64,000 bases of DNA from a virus. The stretch lies in IMG/VR virus record IMGVR_UViG_3300021185_002756, positions 1 through 64,000 of that record; one strand, 5' to 3'. Shown here piece by piece: positions 15,784-26,119 of the stretch. A program made the translations under genes and the position numbers. The notes beneath the pieces are model-generated. The model worked only from the letters and a program-made list of their open reading frames with translations. It searched no databases and was not told where the DNA came from. The stretch's first letter is position 1; each line of letters starts with the position of its first letter.

Positions 15784-18700
15784 TTAATAACTGTAACTAC
15801 TACTTGAACTGCTACTACTTGAACTACTACTGGTGTAGCCACCGCCTCCACCTGATGATCCACCGCTGGTGCCGCCACCATAACTAGGTGTGCTTGGTAC
15901 ACTAGGGGTACTTGGGCTTGGAGTTATTGTAGGTGATGTAGTATCTTCTACAACTGTAGCCATTGGACCAAGATCTCCAGTGTACACATATTCTGGAAGA
16001 TCTGGTTGAATTGCAACTCCATGTGTTGTACTACTGTTTGGCATGTAAAATTTTATACCCGGAAAGTCTTCAAAGGTATGAACATGACTTTTTCCATTGC
16101 CCAAATTTAAATTACCAGTACCATCATCAGCCGCATCTGCTTCACTTTGTACAGTATATAACGGATAGTAATAGCCTTTCTTTCCTTCTGAGAAACCACT
16201 GTCACTGGTACCAAAAATATAATATGGGCCTTTGTAGTCTGAAAGCGTTTGATTAATAGTTACTGGTCCGCTATCTACATGTGTAATTGCAGTGGTAGCG
16301 TCAGCAGAGCCTAAAATTGTATTAGCAGGATATACTAGATACTTGTCGTACTTGTCAGTCTTGCCGTAGACATCTACAGGGCTGGTAAACTGTGTAGCAT
16401 TGGCATCAAAAATTGTTGGATTGCCACTACTGGTTGGATTAGTTGTTTGATTTACATTAAATGTCGTAGTTAATGGTGGACTTGGATTCCAATTTCCACC
16501 ATCTGTAGAATCTTCGTTTGCTACCCAGTTTGCAGTAAGCTGGTTATCTAAGATATACCTGTCACTAACAAAATTTACTCTGTTTAAAATTTCGCCAAAA
16601 TTTGTTCTTATTTTATAACTTGTGCGATCTGCTTCGCCTGGATTAACGTATGCAATAACCCATGCTTTAGTAAAGCCTAATACCCGACCGTCAGTCTGCT
16701 TTGACTTCATCCACAGTGGTAGCACTGTGTTTGTTTGCCCTACTACATCAACGACCCTATCTCTCATGTTTACAAGACTGTTTGGATACACAGTAGTCAC
16801 TGTCCTGGATACTGTGCTGTCTGCGTTATAATGAAGATAACCATAGTATTCTTGTAAACTAACAAGATGTTGTTCTATCGCAAAATAAAAAGGATCTTCT
16901 CCAACAGGAAATGTACATGTTCCTGCTTGGTTACTGTCATTAAACGGTCTGTCTGGATGTTGCAGTGCATAAGCATATGCACAACAAATTTGATGATTTT
17001 TTGCAATTCCTTCGGCTCCGTCACCAGTATAGTGTGCATCAAACAGCACTTCTTGTGCAACTGCCGTAAAGCCTCCCCATGTGCCCGGCACCATTGGCAC
17101 AATATCACTTTTGTTTGTAAGTCGATAGAAGTTATTGCCTAATGTATTTCCTGATCTATCAGAGAGAGCATTAAAATATTCTGCATATTTTTTATTGCCA
17201 ACTGTTGGACTTGCACTAACATAACCTTCTATCACATCAAATTTGTCTAAACTTTGTGCATAGTTGGTGATTAAAGTACTAATTGAACTTCCTAAACTGT
17301 GTCCGCCAATTTTTATTTTTGTTTTTGTAGTATTTGTAAGTGCGTCAAAAAGACTTGTACCAGGTACATCTGCAGGACGTTCTTCGCCTTTAGGGCCAAG
17401 TCCTTTATAAGCAATAGTAAAACCGTTGTGTGTTTTACCTTTGCCAAATCCAGCAATTGGATTTATAACCTGTCCAGCCATAACGTCTAACTTGCCATCG
17501 TATTCATTTTGTGTTCCACGCATGACAAGATATGCAGTGTCGCCGACTTCAATTAGAAATCCAAACGGAGCAATACTACGCACAACCTTAGGTGGAACCA
17601 GTTTGTTCCCATTAGGATCTTTGTCGATAGTGACTGTGTAGTCACAATATATAAGATCATCATTTGTAAGGGCTAGTAGTGCAGCCTTGAACTTGTCATA
17701 TCGCAATGGTTCATCTATGTTTACAGGACATTGATTAGTTGGCGACCAGTTAAACGTATCGTTTATTTTTGGATTTGGGTAGTACTTTGAATTTTTACTA
17801 TCAAAGCGTTCTGCAGGATCTCCAGGTTGTCCATCTACTATCCAGTCTCTTGCCATCTGACTTCCTATGTTAGCCAACATGTTTAGATCTCGCATTTCGT
17901 TTAGCCAGGCAAAATCTTTTTGATCAAGTGCAGTAACATTTTCAGCACCCAAGTCGCCATTACTGAAATTGGCATTGAAAAATTCTACAACATCTGTTGC
18001 TTGTTCATCGTAAACAGTTGCTGGATATGGAAGTGTCAGTTGTTGTGGTGGCGATTCACCTAGTTTGTTTACACCTGTGTCAACTACATTACTGTATACA
18101 ACTTCGTATTCAACAGTACCATCTGCATTTAATGCTTGTGCAGTTTCTATTTCGCCAAGTATAAGTTTCTTTCTAAAATGATTTTTCGAAAGAGCATTAA
18201 GATATTCATCTAAGGTAGCAGTGTCCAAACTGAAGGCATGTGTATAAGTCACGTCAGTGGCAACGCCAAAGTAAGGATCGTCAGCTCTGTATAATCTAGA
18301 CGGTTCAATTATATCTGTATCTTGTAACAAGCTGTTTAAAAAGTTTCTGTCTTCTTGATCAGGCATTGCCTTAATGTAGAGTCCTTGGTAAGGTGAATCA
18401 TATTCTCTGTCGATAGTGATACGAAAACGTCTGTTAATACTTACTAGTCCATCTGAACTATATGCAGTAACAGTGAAATCAAACGCTTTATCAAATGTTG
18501 TTTCGTCTGGATTTAACCTTGTACTAACATCTTTGTCAAAGGTTGTAGTACCTCCATCAAACGAAAATGTATTGAAACTTACTCGCCCGGCAATGTTACC
18601 GCTTTCAAGTAATTGTAATCCTTGCGGTAATTTATTGTCAAGATTATAAGGACCAAGTTTAAAAAGTAGTAGTCTACCACTAGGATTTATAGCTTCTATT

Positions 18701-19899
18701 GCTAAAGTGCTTATATCGCCATTATTAAGACTTCCAAGACTATAAATTGGATCATCTATTGGCCTGTCTGGTATTAGTGTCCCAGTCAACCACGTGACAC
18801 TATTTTCGATATTCCCTATTAGTGTAATATAATATGTATATGGTTCACTTACAACTTGATGGTTATTCTTTTTATAGATTGTGATATCAAATGTATATGT
18901 GGTTTCGGTAGCTCCTTGATCAGGGAAAAACCCTGTCAGCCATCCAGTAGTACGATCAAATGTTAAGCCAGGTGGAATATCAGCACTATCTCCCAAGGCT
19001 ATCTCAAATTCAAATGGGTCTCCATCGCAATCAAATCCTGTTATTTGATATGCAAAAAAGTTATCATGTCTGAATGTACCAATTGTGCCGGCGGCAACTG
19101 TTGGATTAGTTTCAGCTGGTGGATAGTTAGTAATATATGGTATACGCATCGGTGACAAGTCTGCAGTAAGCACTTCACTATCTGCAGTAAAGTCAGTGGT
19201 ATCAGCAGTTAAACTATCACGACTAATTACGAACATAGTAAAAGTACGCAAGTTTTGGTCTTTGCCATCGCTTATTCGTAAAGTAAATTCATAATTTTTG
19301 TTTATACTTCTTTGTGAAAAATCAAAAGGATATAAATCAAATGCACTTGCATCATAACCTGAAGTTGCATCGTCAGGCAAATTACTAATGGCACTTATGT
19401 GTCCACTTATTAAACCTGTAGTAGGATTAATTGTAAGTCCTGGTGGAAGTTCGCCGTTGTCTACGTCGATTATCACTATATCATTTGGGTCTGAGTCTGT
19501 AAATCCAATCTCAATATTAATATTATCACAATCATAGAAAGTACCAAGACTGCCTGCAGGTGTTGTAAATTCAGGTATGTCTTGTCCGGTAACTGTTAAA
19601 CTAAACGTTCTGTCGTTGATACTAAGTCCATCTGGGGAAGTTGCTCTGATTGCAAAAGTTGAAGTTACATTTTCACTTACTTCAGTTGGTGTGCCTTTTA
19701 CACTAACATATGCCTGTGGAACTCCTTCTACAGTGCCGGCACTGGTAACCTGTATACCTTCAGGTAATCTACCAGCAATTAATGTATAAGTTGGTGTTCC
19801 CCCATCTGGATCAGTGGCTACAACTGATACATTAAAAAATAAATTTTCAGCAATAGTGCCGAGATCACCTGCGGCTGTTACCCATACTGGTTGTGCCAT
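15784..19899 (-). CDS. large virion protein with putative Ig-like repeats and an internal class-3 lipase domain
   Basis: Repeated LPxGL..G.I.G Ig motifs; internal VMRGT, HNGF, GGHSLG (Ser868), DIVP, NH; Ser/Gly-rich tail. Confidence 0.8.
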   Translation of the reverse strand: MAQPVWVTAAGDLGTIAENLFFNVSVVATDPDGGTPTYTLIAGRLPEGIQVTSAGTVEGVPQAYVSVKGTPTEVSENVTSTFAIRATSPDGLSINDRTFSLTVTGQDIPEFTTPAGSLGTFYDCDNINIEIGFTDSDPNDIVIIDVDNGELPPGLTINPTTGLISGHISAISNLPDDATSGYDASAFDLYPFDFSQRSINKNYEFTLRISDGKDQNLRTFTMFVISRDSLTADTTDFTADSEVLTADLSPMRIPYITNYPPAETNPTVAAGTIGTFRHDNFFAYQITGFDCDGDPFEFEIALGDSADIPPGLTFDRTTGWLTGFFPDQGATETTYTFDITIYKKNNHQVVSEPYTYYITLIGNIENSVTWLTGTLIPDRPIDDPIYSLGSLNNGDISTLAIEAINPSGRLLLFKLGPYNLDNKLPQGLQLLESGNIAGRVSFNTFSFDGGTTTFDKDVSTRLNPDETTFDKAFDFTVTAYSSDGLVSINRRFRITIDREYDSPYQGLYIKAMPDQEDRNFLNSLLQDTDIIEPSRLYRADDPYFGVATDVTYTHAFSLDTATLDEYLNALSKNHFRKKLILGEIETAQALNADGTVEYEVVYSNVVDTGVNKLGESPPQQLTLPYPATVYDEQATDVVEFFNANFSNGDLGAENVTALDQKDFAWLNEMRDLNMLANIGSQMARDWIVDGQPGDPAERFDSKNSKYYPNPKINDTFNWSPTNQCPVNIDEPLRYDKFKAALLALTNDDLIYCDYTVTIDKDPNGNKLVPPKVVRSIAPFGFLIEVGDTAYLVMRGTQNEYDGKLDVMAGQVINPIAGFGKGKTHNGFTIAYKGLGPKGEERPADVPGTSLFDALTNTTKTKIKIGGHSLGSSISTLITNYAQSLDKFDVIEGYVSASPTVGNKKYAEYFNALSDRSGNTLGNNFYRLTNKSDIVPMVPGTWGGFTAVAQEVLFDAHYTGDGAEGIAKNHQICCAYAYALQHPDRPFNDSNQAGTCTFPVGEDPFYFAIEQHLVSLQEYYGYLHYNADSTVSRTVTTVYPNSLVNMRDRVVDVVGQTNTVLPLWMKSKQTDGRVLGFTKAWVIAYVNPGEADRTSYKIRTNFGEILNRVNFVSDRYILDNQLTANWVANEDSTDGGNWNPSPPLTTTFNVNQTTNPTSSGNPTIFDANATQFTSPVDVYGKTDKYDKYLVYPANTILGSADATTAITHVDSGPVTINQTLSDYKGPYYIFGTSDSGFSEGKKGYYYPLYTVQSEADAADDGTGNLNLGNGKSHVHTFEDFPGIKFYMPNSSTTHGVAIQPDLPEYVYTGDLGPMATVVEDTTSPTITPSPSTPSVPSTPSYGGGTSGGSSGGGGGYTSSSSSSSSSSSSYSY

Positions 19900-19903
19900 G
19901 TTA

Positions 19904-21928
19904 TTATACCTTCAGCATACATTCTATTAGTTTTAAGCCCTCATCTGTGCTTGATTCCAATGCAATACCTACACGATTTCCTTCTGAACTTCTACTTGCT
20001 CTTCCGTGTATGTCTGTATACACTACATCGCCTTTGTTGACAACACCAAATACACTTACAGGCACACGTCCTACTAATGCAATACCAAGTCCGCCTTCAA
20101 GATCCTTGTTCATTAAAAATGCTGGATCAGTAGTTACTACACCTGCTGGTACATCATCGGCACCACAGATTGTAACCTCTTGTGGTCCTCCAATGGATAC
20201 TACTGTTCCACTATCATATGAAGCATCTGCTAAATATTTCTCTGCGATATCAGCATATCTTGCTTGTGTAGCAGTTGCAGTTATAATACCTGCAGTAAAA
20301 TTTCCTGAGCCGTCTCGTGCTACTATAGTTGATGCAGTATTAGCACTTGTGGCGTTTGATGTTACAGTAAATGTACCACCTTCTGCACTAAGTGAACCAC
20401 TTAGTCCTGTTCCTGCTACGGCACCTTCGCCTACATAATTGCCTGTGGTGTCAGTTCCAAGGGCAACACTGTTTGCCTGAATTGTTGTTGCAATGCTTAT
20501 GCCTGCACTACCGTCAAAGTCTGCGGTTCCTACCACGTCTCCACTGAGTGCTATTGCCCTTGCAGTTGTGAGTGTAGCGGCACTTCCTGTTGTATTCTGA
20601 TTAAGTGTTGCTACTCTTGCCGCGGCTACTGTGCCTGATGCGATGTTTGTTCCATTTAATGCAGTAATAGCTGAACCGGCACCTGCTAGTGTTGCTCCAG
20701 TAACTGCACCTGTGGCTATCACTGCCCCACCTGTTTTTAAATTACCACCTGCTACATTACCTGTAGCAGTAATATTGCCTGTTGCAGTCATTACACCGTC
20801 TACGGCAGTGCCTGTCGCACTTACTGTGAGTCTTGTTGTACCAGCAACTCCAACTGTGGTAGCGGCACCACTTGCAACAGTTACATTTGATGTGCCGTTT
20901 GTTAAAGCAGTTGTTGCAATGCCTGTTAAGAAACTACCGTTGCCTAAGAAGTTTGTACCACTTACGTTTCCGCTTGATACTACATTACCTGTTGAAACAA
21001 CTCTACCTGTTGTAAGTAAATTACCGCCTGATATATTACCTGCGGCGTTAGTAGTAATATTGCCAGTCACTGTAAGTGGTTTGATTACATCAAAGTTTGT
21101 GCCGTTTGTTTGGGCGGTTAGTACACCACCTGATGTGATTTCTACATTACCACCTGCACCACTGATACCTACAACTGTTGTGCCGTTTGCAATTTGTGTT
21201 ACTGCTACGTTTGAAGCCGCCGTAACGTTGGATAAAAATCCACCATCACCTTTAAAAAATGCGCCGGCAATAATATTTCCAGTGCCAGTGGATACAATAT
21301 TAACTGCTGAAATATTAGCACTTGACACTACATTGCCAGTTGCAACAACTCTGCCACCTGTTAGTAGATTACCACCACTTATGTTTCCGGATGATGTTAC
21401 GTTTCCAGTTGTAACATGTTGTCCAGCAATTATAACATCTCGTGTAGCTATGATATTAGCACCAGAGATATTAGCAGTACTGGTTATATTTCCTGTTGCA
21501 TTCATCAGCACACTGTTCACTTGTGCAAATCTTAGTGTTGCATTACCGAGATATCTTGTGTTATTTGTGTCAGGAAGTACATTAGATCCAAATGATCCAG
21601 AAACAACTAGTTGATCTCCAATGGTTACATCTTGTGTTACTGTTAAACTATTTGCTATAGCAATATCTCTGGAAACTGAAATATTTCCAGTAAATTCTGT
21701 CACAGTACCCGCGAAGTTAACTACGTTAGCACTTCCGGCAATTGTTATTGTAACGTTTGCACTATCAGCAACACTTAAATTTGAAGTCCCGTTTGGTACA
21801 CTTGTTGGAGTAATGGTTGTATTATACAACTCTTGGAAGTTATCATTACATTTGATATAAGCAGTACGGATACCATCTCCAGTACCATCATTGGCAGTTG
21901 CGCCTACATTTATTGTTTGTTGTGCCAT
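19904..21928 (-). CDS. tail fiber-like protein with C-terminal chaperone/autoproteolytic-like domain
   Basis: N-terminal INVG..ANDGTGD..R.A..K.NDNF.ELY; GNI/SGGNL repeats; C-terminal ARYADIAEKY..GTVVSIGG..ALVGRVPV. Confidence 0.75.
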   Translation of the reverse strand: MAQQTINVGATANDGTGDGIRTAYIKCNDNFQELYNTTITPTSVPNGTSNLSVADSANVTITIAGSANVVNFAGTVTEFTGNISVSRDIAIANSLTVTQDVTIGDQLVVSGSFGSNVLPDTNNTRYLGNATLRFAQVNSVLMNATGNITSTANISGANIIATRDVIIAGQHVTTGNVTSSGNISGGNLLTGGRVVATGNVVSSANISAVNIVSTGTGNIIAGAFFKGDGGFLSNVTAASNVAVTQIANGTTVVGISGAGGNVEITSGGVLTAQTNGTNFDVIKPLTVTGNITTNAAGNISGGNLLTTGRVVSTGNVVSSGNVSGTNFLGNGSFLTGIATTALTNGTSNVTVASGAATTVGVAGTTRLTVSATGTAVDGVMTATGNITATGNVAGGNLKTGGAVIATGAVTGATLAGAGSAITALNGTNIASGTVAAARVATLNQNTTGSAATLTTARAIALSGDVVGTADFDGSAGISIATTIQANSVALGTDTTGNYVGEGAVAGTGLSGSLSAEGGTFTVTSNATSANTASTIVARDGSGNFTAGIITATATQARYADIAEKYLADASYDSGTVVSIGGPQEVTICGADDVPAGVVTTDPAFLMNKDLEGGLGIALVGRVPVSVFGVVNKGDVVYTDIHGRASRSSEGNRVGIALESSTDEGLKLIECMLKV

Positions 21929-21971
21929 GGGTTTCCTCTAACATACTGTTATGAGTATTTATGGCAAGAAG

Positions 21972-22433
21972 TTAGTTGAGATCGACCCAAGCAGATCCTG
22001 TGTAACCTTGGAACTTTGTACCGGTTGTATTGAAAATTAGCATGCCAGCAGCTGGTTGTGTAATGGTTGCATCTCTTGCAGTATTATCTGCAAACGTAGG
22101 AAGTGAAATTGGTCCTGAGCTTATTACACCAGCAGTTCCAATATAGGCTCCTAATGGACGTATGTTTGCATTGCCAATATATCTTGTGTTGTTTACATCT
22201 GGTATAAGATCTGATGCAGTACGTATTGTGCCTGTACCATCTGGACCAAGTACAATATCTTGATTGGTAACATAAGTTGAAACTGTGTTTCCGCTCATTG
22301 CAAGATTTGAACTTACTGAATTTGCTCCATAGAGTTCTGTAAAATTATCGTTAGTCTTGTCCATTGCTGAACGTAGATTATCACCAGTTCCATCATTTGC
22401 ACCGGTGCCAATGTTTATTGTTTGCTGTGCCAT
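21972..22433 (-). CDS. short tail/baseplate protein
   Basis: Same N-terminal ANDGTGD module; C-terminal GMLIFNTTGTKFQGY..W. Confidence 0.7.
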   Translation of the reverse strand: MAQQTINIGTGANDGTGDNLRSAMDKTNDNFTELYGANSVSSNLAMSGNTVSTYVTNQDIVLGPDGTGTIRTASDLIPDVNNTRYIGNANIRPLGAYIGTAGVISSGPISLPTFADNTARDATITQPAAGMLIFNTTGTKFQGYTGSAWVDLN

Positions 22434-22466
22434 CTACTAATCCTTTAATACTTGTGTATTTATGGA

Positions 22467-23114
22467 TTAATTTATTTTTGAATACCTAACTATATTATCA
22501 GTACCTGTTACTGATTTATATCTTTCAATACCAGGAGTGCTGAAGATTACATCTCCTGTTACAATTTGTCGATAATAGTTAAATTTTTTTTCCTCTAAAT
22601 TTAATCCAATATCTTGAGTAAATTTTTTAGTGTATTCCCAGTCGTTCATAATGTTATCAATATCAACCACAACGTCAGCCAAATCAAAATCGTGTTCTGC
22701 AGTTGCACTTTTTGGGTTGTTTCCACCTAGGTCAGAAATATTAAATTCTGTTAAATTTTTAATTAAAGCATTGTATAACCAATTATTAGATGTTACTAAT
22801 ATTTTTTTATTTTTATTGGCAGATATCTTGTTAGATACTAAGTTAGGATTAACATGAGAAGTAATAATAAGGTATTCAGTTTCACTATTGGCTATTTCAA
22901 GTTGGCGATCATCTAACAAGTCAATGGTATTGATTCTATGGATATTTTGTTTTCCTAGATTAGGAGCATAGAATTTAACTTTGTTGTCAACATATCTATG
23001 TACTCTCCAGTGTTTATTTCCGTCGATTGTACGAGCATTAGATGCGTGTTCTAGAAGATTAGCAACTCCATCTCCACCAGCACCAGCAGTGAACCATACC
23101 CAAATTATCATTAT
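22467..23114 (-). CDS. hypothetical protein with N-terminal Gly-rich loop (sulfotransferase-fold-like)
   Basis: WFTAGAGGDG; similar N-termini at 31467, 36127 and 38354. Confidence 0.45.
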   Translation of the reverse strand: MMIIWVWFTAGAGGDGVANLLEHASNARTIDGNKHWRVHRYVDNKVKFYAPNLGKQNIHRINTIDLLDDRQLEIANSETEYLIITSHVNPNLVSNKISANKNKKILVTSNNWLYNALIKNLTEFNISDLGGNNPKSATAEHDFDLADVVVDIDNIMNDWEYTKKFTQDIGLNLEEKKFNYYRQIVTGDVIFSTPGIERYKSVTGTDNIVRYSKIN

Positions 23115-23419
23115 ACTGCAAAACTTTCTCCACAACCACACGAAGCAGTTGCGTTTGGATTGATAATTTTTAGATAGTTACCACCTAGTTCGTTTATCCA
23201 GTCAACTGTACAACCAAGTACAAACATTTCTGCAACTGGATCTACAACTAAGATATCGTCAATTGGTTCGCTCCACTTTACATCTGGCCATTTTGATTTA
23301 TGATCCCAAACGTATGTGAAGCCTGAACAACCGCCTCCCTTCACGCCAAGAGTAACATAGTCACCCTCAGGTGTTACCGACTTTAGATATTCACTTGCTT
23401 TTTCTGTTAACTTTAACAT
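23111..23419 (-). CDS. iscA: A-type Fe-S carrier (IscA/HesB family)
   Basis: GVKGGGCSGFTY and NPNATASCGCGESF. Confidence 0.92.
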   Translation of the reverse strand: MLKLTEKASEYLKSVTPEGDYVTLGVKGGGCSGFTYVWDHKSKWPDVKWSEPIDDILVVDPVAEMFVLGCTVDWINELGGNYLKIINPNATASCGCGESFAV

Positions 23420-23425
23420 TATTGT

Positions 23426-23893
23426 CTATTTGCATCCAGGATAGTTGGGTTCTATAATTGTAATGCTAGGTTCGTTAACAGGTGTGATAAATGTATCTTG
23501 AATAACTGCATCAACACTGCCCATATTACTAGTTGACATAGGTGTGTTAGGTGGCATGTAATAACATGTTCCAGCAGGGAAATACATAGGCGGTTTGCCT
23601 TCTGCAAAATCAGTCATAGCGCCTTCAAGCACACAGGTCCATCCACCGTATTTGTGAACATGTATTCCAACTCTTGTCCCGGCTTTACGCACTGCTTTTT
23701 CAACTGTTAGTCGTTCGCCACTGGCAATTATAGTATCAATCATAATTTCGCTGTCAACCAACGTTGCCATTTTACCTGGCAAGCCCACGCCGTTTATTGT
23801 TGTAACATTGGCTTTAGGATCGCACTCAAGATATGCAAAAGCAGTTAAAGGTGCTAGTGCAATAGCAATACTCAATAATATAGTTCTAATCAT
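23426..23893 (-). CDS. secreted cupin-domain protein
   Basis: Signal peptide; IHVHKYGG..VLEG; AGTCYYMPPNTPM. Confidence 0.7.
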   Translation of the reverse strand: MIRTILLSIAIALAPLTAFAYLECDPKANVTTINGVGLPGKMATLVDSEIMIDTIIASGERLTVEKAVRKAGTRVGIHVHKYGGWTCVLEGAMTDFAEGKPPMYFPAGTCYYMPPNTPMSTSNMGSVDAVIQDTFITPVNEPSITIIEPNYPGCK

Positions 23894-24057
23894 TTTTCTT
23901 TTTTCCATATTGTCCATGCTCCATATGCAATCGCAGCATATGCCGCTAGTTTAGCAAAAGGTCCTGCAATAAGAATAAGCACGCCTAATACAATTAATAT
24001 CGCACCATCTAGTGATGTGCGTTCTTCTAGTCTGCTCGTGATGAATTTTTTAATCAT
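23890..24057 (-). CDS. 55-aa two-TM membrane protein
   Basis: Not in track: MIKKFITSRLEERTSLDGAILIVLGVLILIAGPFAKLAAYAAIAYGAWTIWKKEK. Confidence 0.65.
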   Translation of the reverse strand: MIKKFITSRLEERTSLDGAILIVLGVLILIAGPFAKLAAYAAIAYGAWTIWKKEK

Positions 24058-24733
24058 TGTTTAGTACTCCTTGATATGTATTTAACCATAATTCACTGGC
24101 TGCTTCATGTGCCTCTTCAAGTGGATGCAACCATTCTTCTGTAACTTCAAAGCCGTGATCATAACTCCAGTCTACAAAGTTTTTGCCTTCAAAGAGACGT
24201 AACTCTGATTTTGTCAAATCCTGCAGTGTTTTTATATAATCAGGACAATGCCATTCTGTGTCCCATAACATATAATCCATATAGGTTTGCACATTTTTTA
24301 TATTATGCAATCTTAAAAACTGTTGAGTAGTGTATATTGTTTGTAAACTACGCCATCTATCCCAAAGTATACTTTTACCTGCATAGGTATTGTAAAAATC
24401 CAAAACTTTTTCTGCTTGTTTAAATCCAATAAGAGGTTCTAGTTTACTTGGAACACACGTGAGTCCGAGTGTAGTCCATTTTTCTATTCCGCTGATAAAA
24501 AAATCATATCTCGCACCCCATGTCCAGTTTATTACTGCTAGTGTCTTTTCTTTTGTGTTTTTTGCAAAATAAGAAAGTATTTGCATTGATATGTTTTCAT
24601 TGCCACAACCTGGTACAGCAGTTGTTTCATATTCGTACCCAAGTTTTTCAGCACACTGACTTACCCAACTGTGAGCTTCTTGTTTAAGTTCAGTACCGTA
24701 AATAAAACTATCACCAAAACTTACAATTTTCAT
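24050..24733 (-). CDS. SGNH/GDSL-hydrolase-like protein
   Basis: SFGDSFIYG, GCGN, HPLEEAH. Confidence 0.6.
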   Translation of the reverse strand: MKIVSFGDSFIYGTELKQEAHSWVSQCAEKLGYEYETTAVPGCGNENISMQILSYFAKNTKEKTLAVINWTWGARYDFFISGIEKWTTLGLTCVPSKLEPLIGFKQAEKVLDFYNTYAGKSILWDRWRSLQTIYTTQQFLRLHNIKNVQTYMDYMLWDTEWHCPDYIKTLQDLTKSELRLFEGKNFVDWSYDHGFEVTEEWLHPLEEAHEAASELWLNTYQGVLNND

Positions 24734-24741
24734 AAAAACCC

Positions 24742-24957
24742 TTATAGTCGTTTTGTAATTCTGCCTTTGGTAAGATCATATGGAGAAACTTCTAACTTTA
24801 CTGCATCTCCCATTAGTACTTTGATTTTGTACATTCTCATCTTGCCATTTATCTGTGCAATTACTTCATGTTTAGATTCGTTGATTTCTACCCTAAACAT
24901 GCCGCCTCTTAGTAGTTCAGTAACTGTGCCTTCAAACTCTACTAGTTCTTCTTTCAA
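24742..24957 (-). CDS. infA: translation initiation factor IF-1
   Basis: [42 protein letters not shown]. Confidence 0.95.
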   Translation of the reverse strand: MKEELVEFEGTVTELLRGGMFRVEINESKHEVIAQINGKMRMYKIKVLMGDAVKLEVSPYDLTKGRITKRL

Positions 24958-25214
24958 CTGGTCTCCTTAATTCCTTGTAACCGATCCCAACGAAAACTTC
25001 TCCAACCGTTAGCATCAGTGTCCCATACAACTTGTGTATCAGGATTGATCTTGCGTTCAGTGTTAGGCTCCACATGTGGAACCACACTTTCTTGCAAGGT
25101 TGCTTTCATCGTACGTTTTGAACCGTCTGCTTTGAGAAATTCTATTTCTATTACACCATCCACCAATGCACTTTTAACAAATGCTTGATTTTCTAGTTCT
25201 GTATATTTAACCAT
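24954..25214 (-). CDS. WYL_2/Sm-like SH3-fold protein
   Basis: [28 protein letters not shown]. Confidence 0.75.
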   Translation of the reverse strand: MVKYTELENQAFVKSALVDGVIEIEFLKADGSKRTMKATLQESVVPHVEPNTERKINPDTQVVWDTDANGWRSFRWDRLQGIKETS

Positions 25215-25542
25215 TTAGTGCCTCCAAGTTAACGTTGATTAGGTCGTCGTAGGTCCAGTTTACTGGTGCTGCTCCACCAAAACTGCCCATCTTTATTCCT
25301 TTACTAAAACTAACACCACGCCATTCTCTTTGTTCGTGACGCAGTTGCTTGTGCAAATATTCAGGTTTGACGCCATGTCTTTTGGTCATATCATACATGG
25401 CAATATGCTTGCCATATTTTAAAGCCAGCATGTTTGCTTCTTCATCGGTAAGTGGCACACAATCATTCTTACCACAAATAGTAACACTCCAAACTGATTT
25501 CATAATCTGCCTTTTATATCTTCCATACGTTTGTTCATCCAT
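25207..25542 (-). CDS. hypothetical protein
   Basis: ORF in operon. Confidence 0.45.
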   Translation of the reverse strand: MDEQTYGRYKRQIMKSVWSVTICGKNDCVPLTDEEANMLALKYGKHIAMYDMTKRHGVKPEYLHKQLRHEQREWRGVSFSKGIKMGSFGGAAPVNWTYDDLINVNLEALNG

Positions 25543-25675
25543 TTGATAATAATCAGACGTTCTTCATCTGTTATGTCCCAACGTTGTTCAAAGTCTGTTA
25601 CGTTTTTCAGTACTGCTTCTTCATAGCGAAGACATGCAAATAGTGCTAGGTCGCCACTGTCTGGTTTGTTTATCA

Positions 25676-26068
25676 CTAACCTCTCCTCATACGAGCAATT
25701 TCTTTTGCATCGTTTGAGTCTTTACGTACAGGTACCATGTTGCTTTTGTGCAACATACCTATGCCTGCTAGTTCATTGCCAGTATAGGTGTTCTCATGAC
25801 GTTTCGCAGTTGAACCAACTATGTTGTTACTGCAACCAATTGTGCCTTGATGTTGCTTGTAATCTGGAACAGAATAAATGCCTTTGCGTTCGCCTTTAGC
25901 ATTAGTTGGCAACTTTGCCTTCAGCTGATCAGGTGCGATACCTCTAGCACGTAACCATTTGTCATGTGCAACATCAGTTGCAATCTGCTTGGCACTTTTA
26001 TTCTTAGTTTTTTTCTTACGTGAATACTGTGTAGTAGTCATATATGGACCGACTAGATGCATAGACAT
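25676..26068 (-). CDS. conserved phage early protein
   Basis: C-terminal YTG..GIGMLHKSNMVPV; RBS AGGAG; early promoter at 26096-26123 (TTGACA-N16-TATAAT). Confidence 0.65.
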   Translation of the reverse strand: MSMHLVGPYMTTTQYSRKKKTKNKSAKQIATDVAHDKWLRARGIAPDQLKAKLPTNAKGERKGIYSVPDYKQHQGTIGCSNNIVGSTAKRHENTYTGNELAGIGMLHKSNMVPVRKDSNDAKEIARMRRG

Positions 26069-26119
26069 GGCGAGCTCCTGTGTTAATACTTGTTTATTAT
26101 AACACTTATACACAGTATG

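Noticed and set aside
20631-21614. 327-aa plus-strand ORF, and similar long antisense ORFs (14686, 19893, 30260, 39067, 58215)
   Set aside because: These are shadows of real genes on the opposite strand, caused by codon bias; they have no RBS or recognisable motifs.
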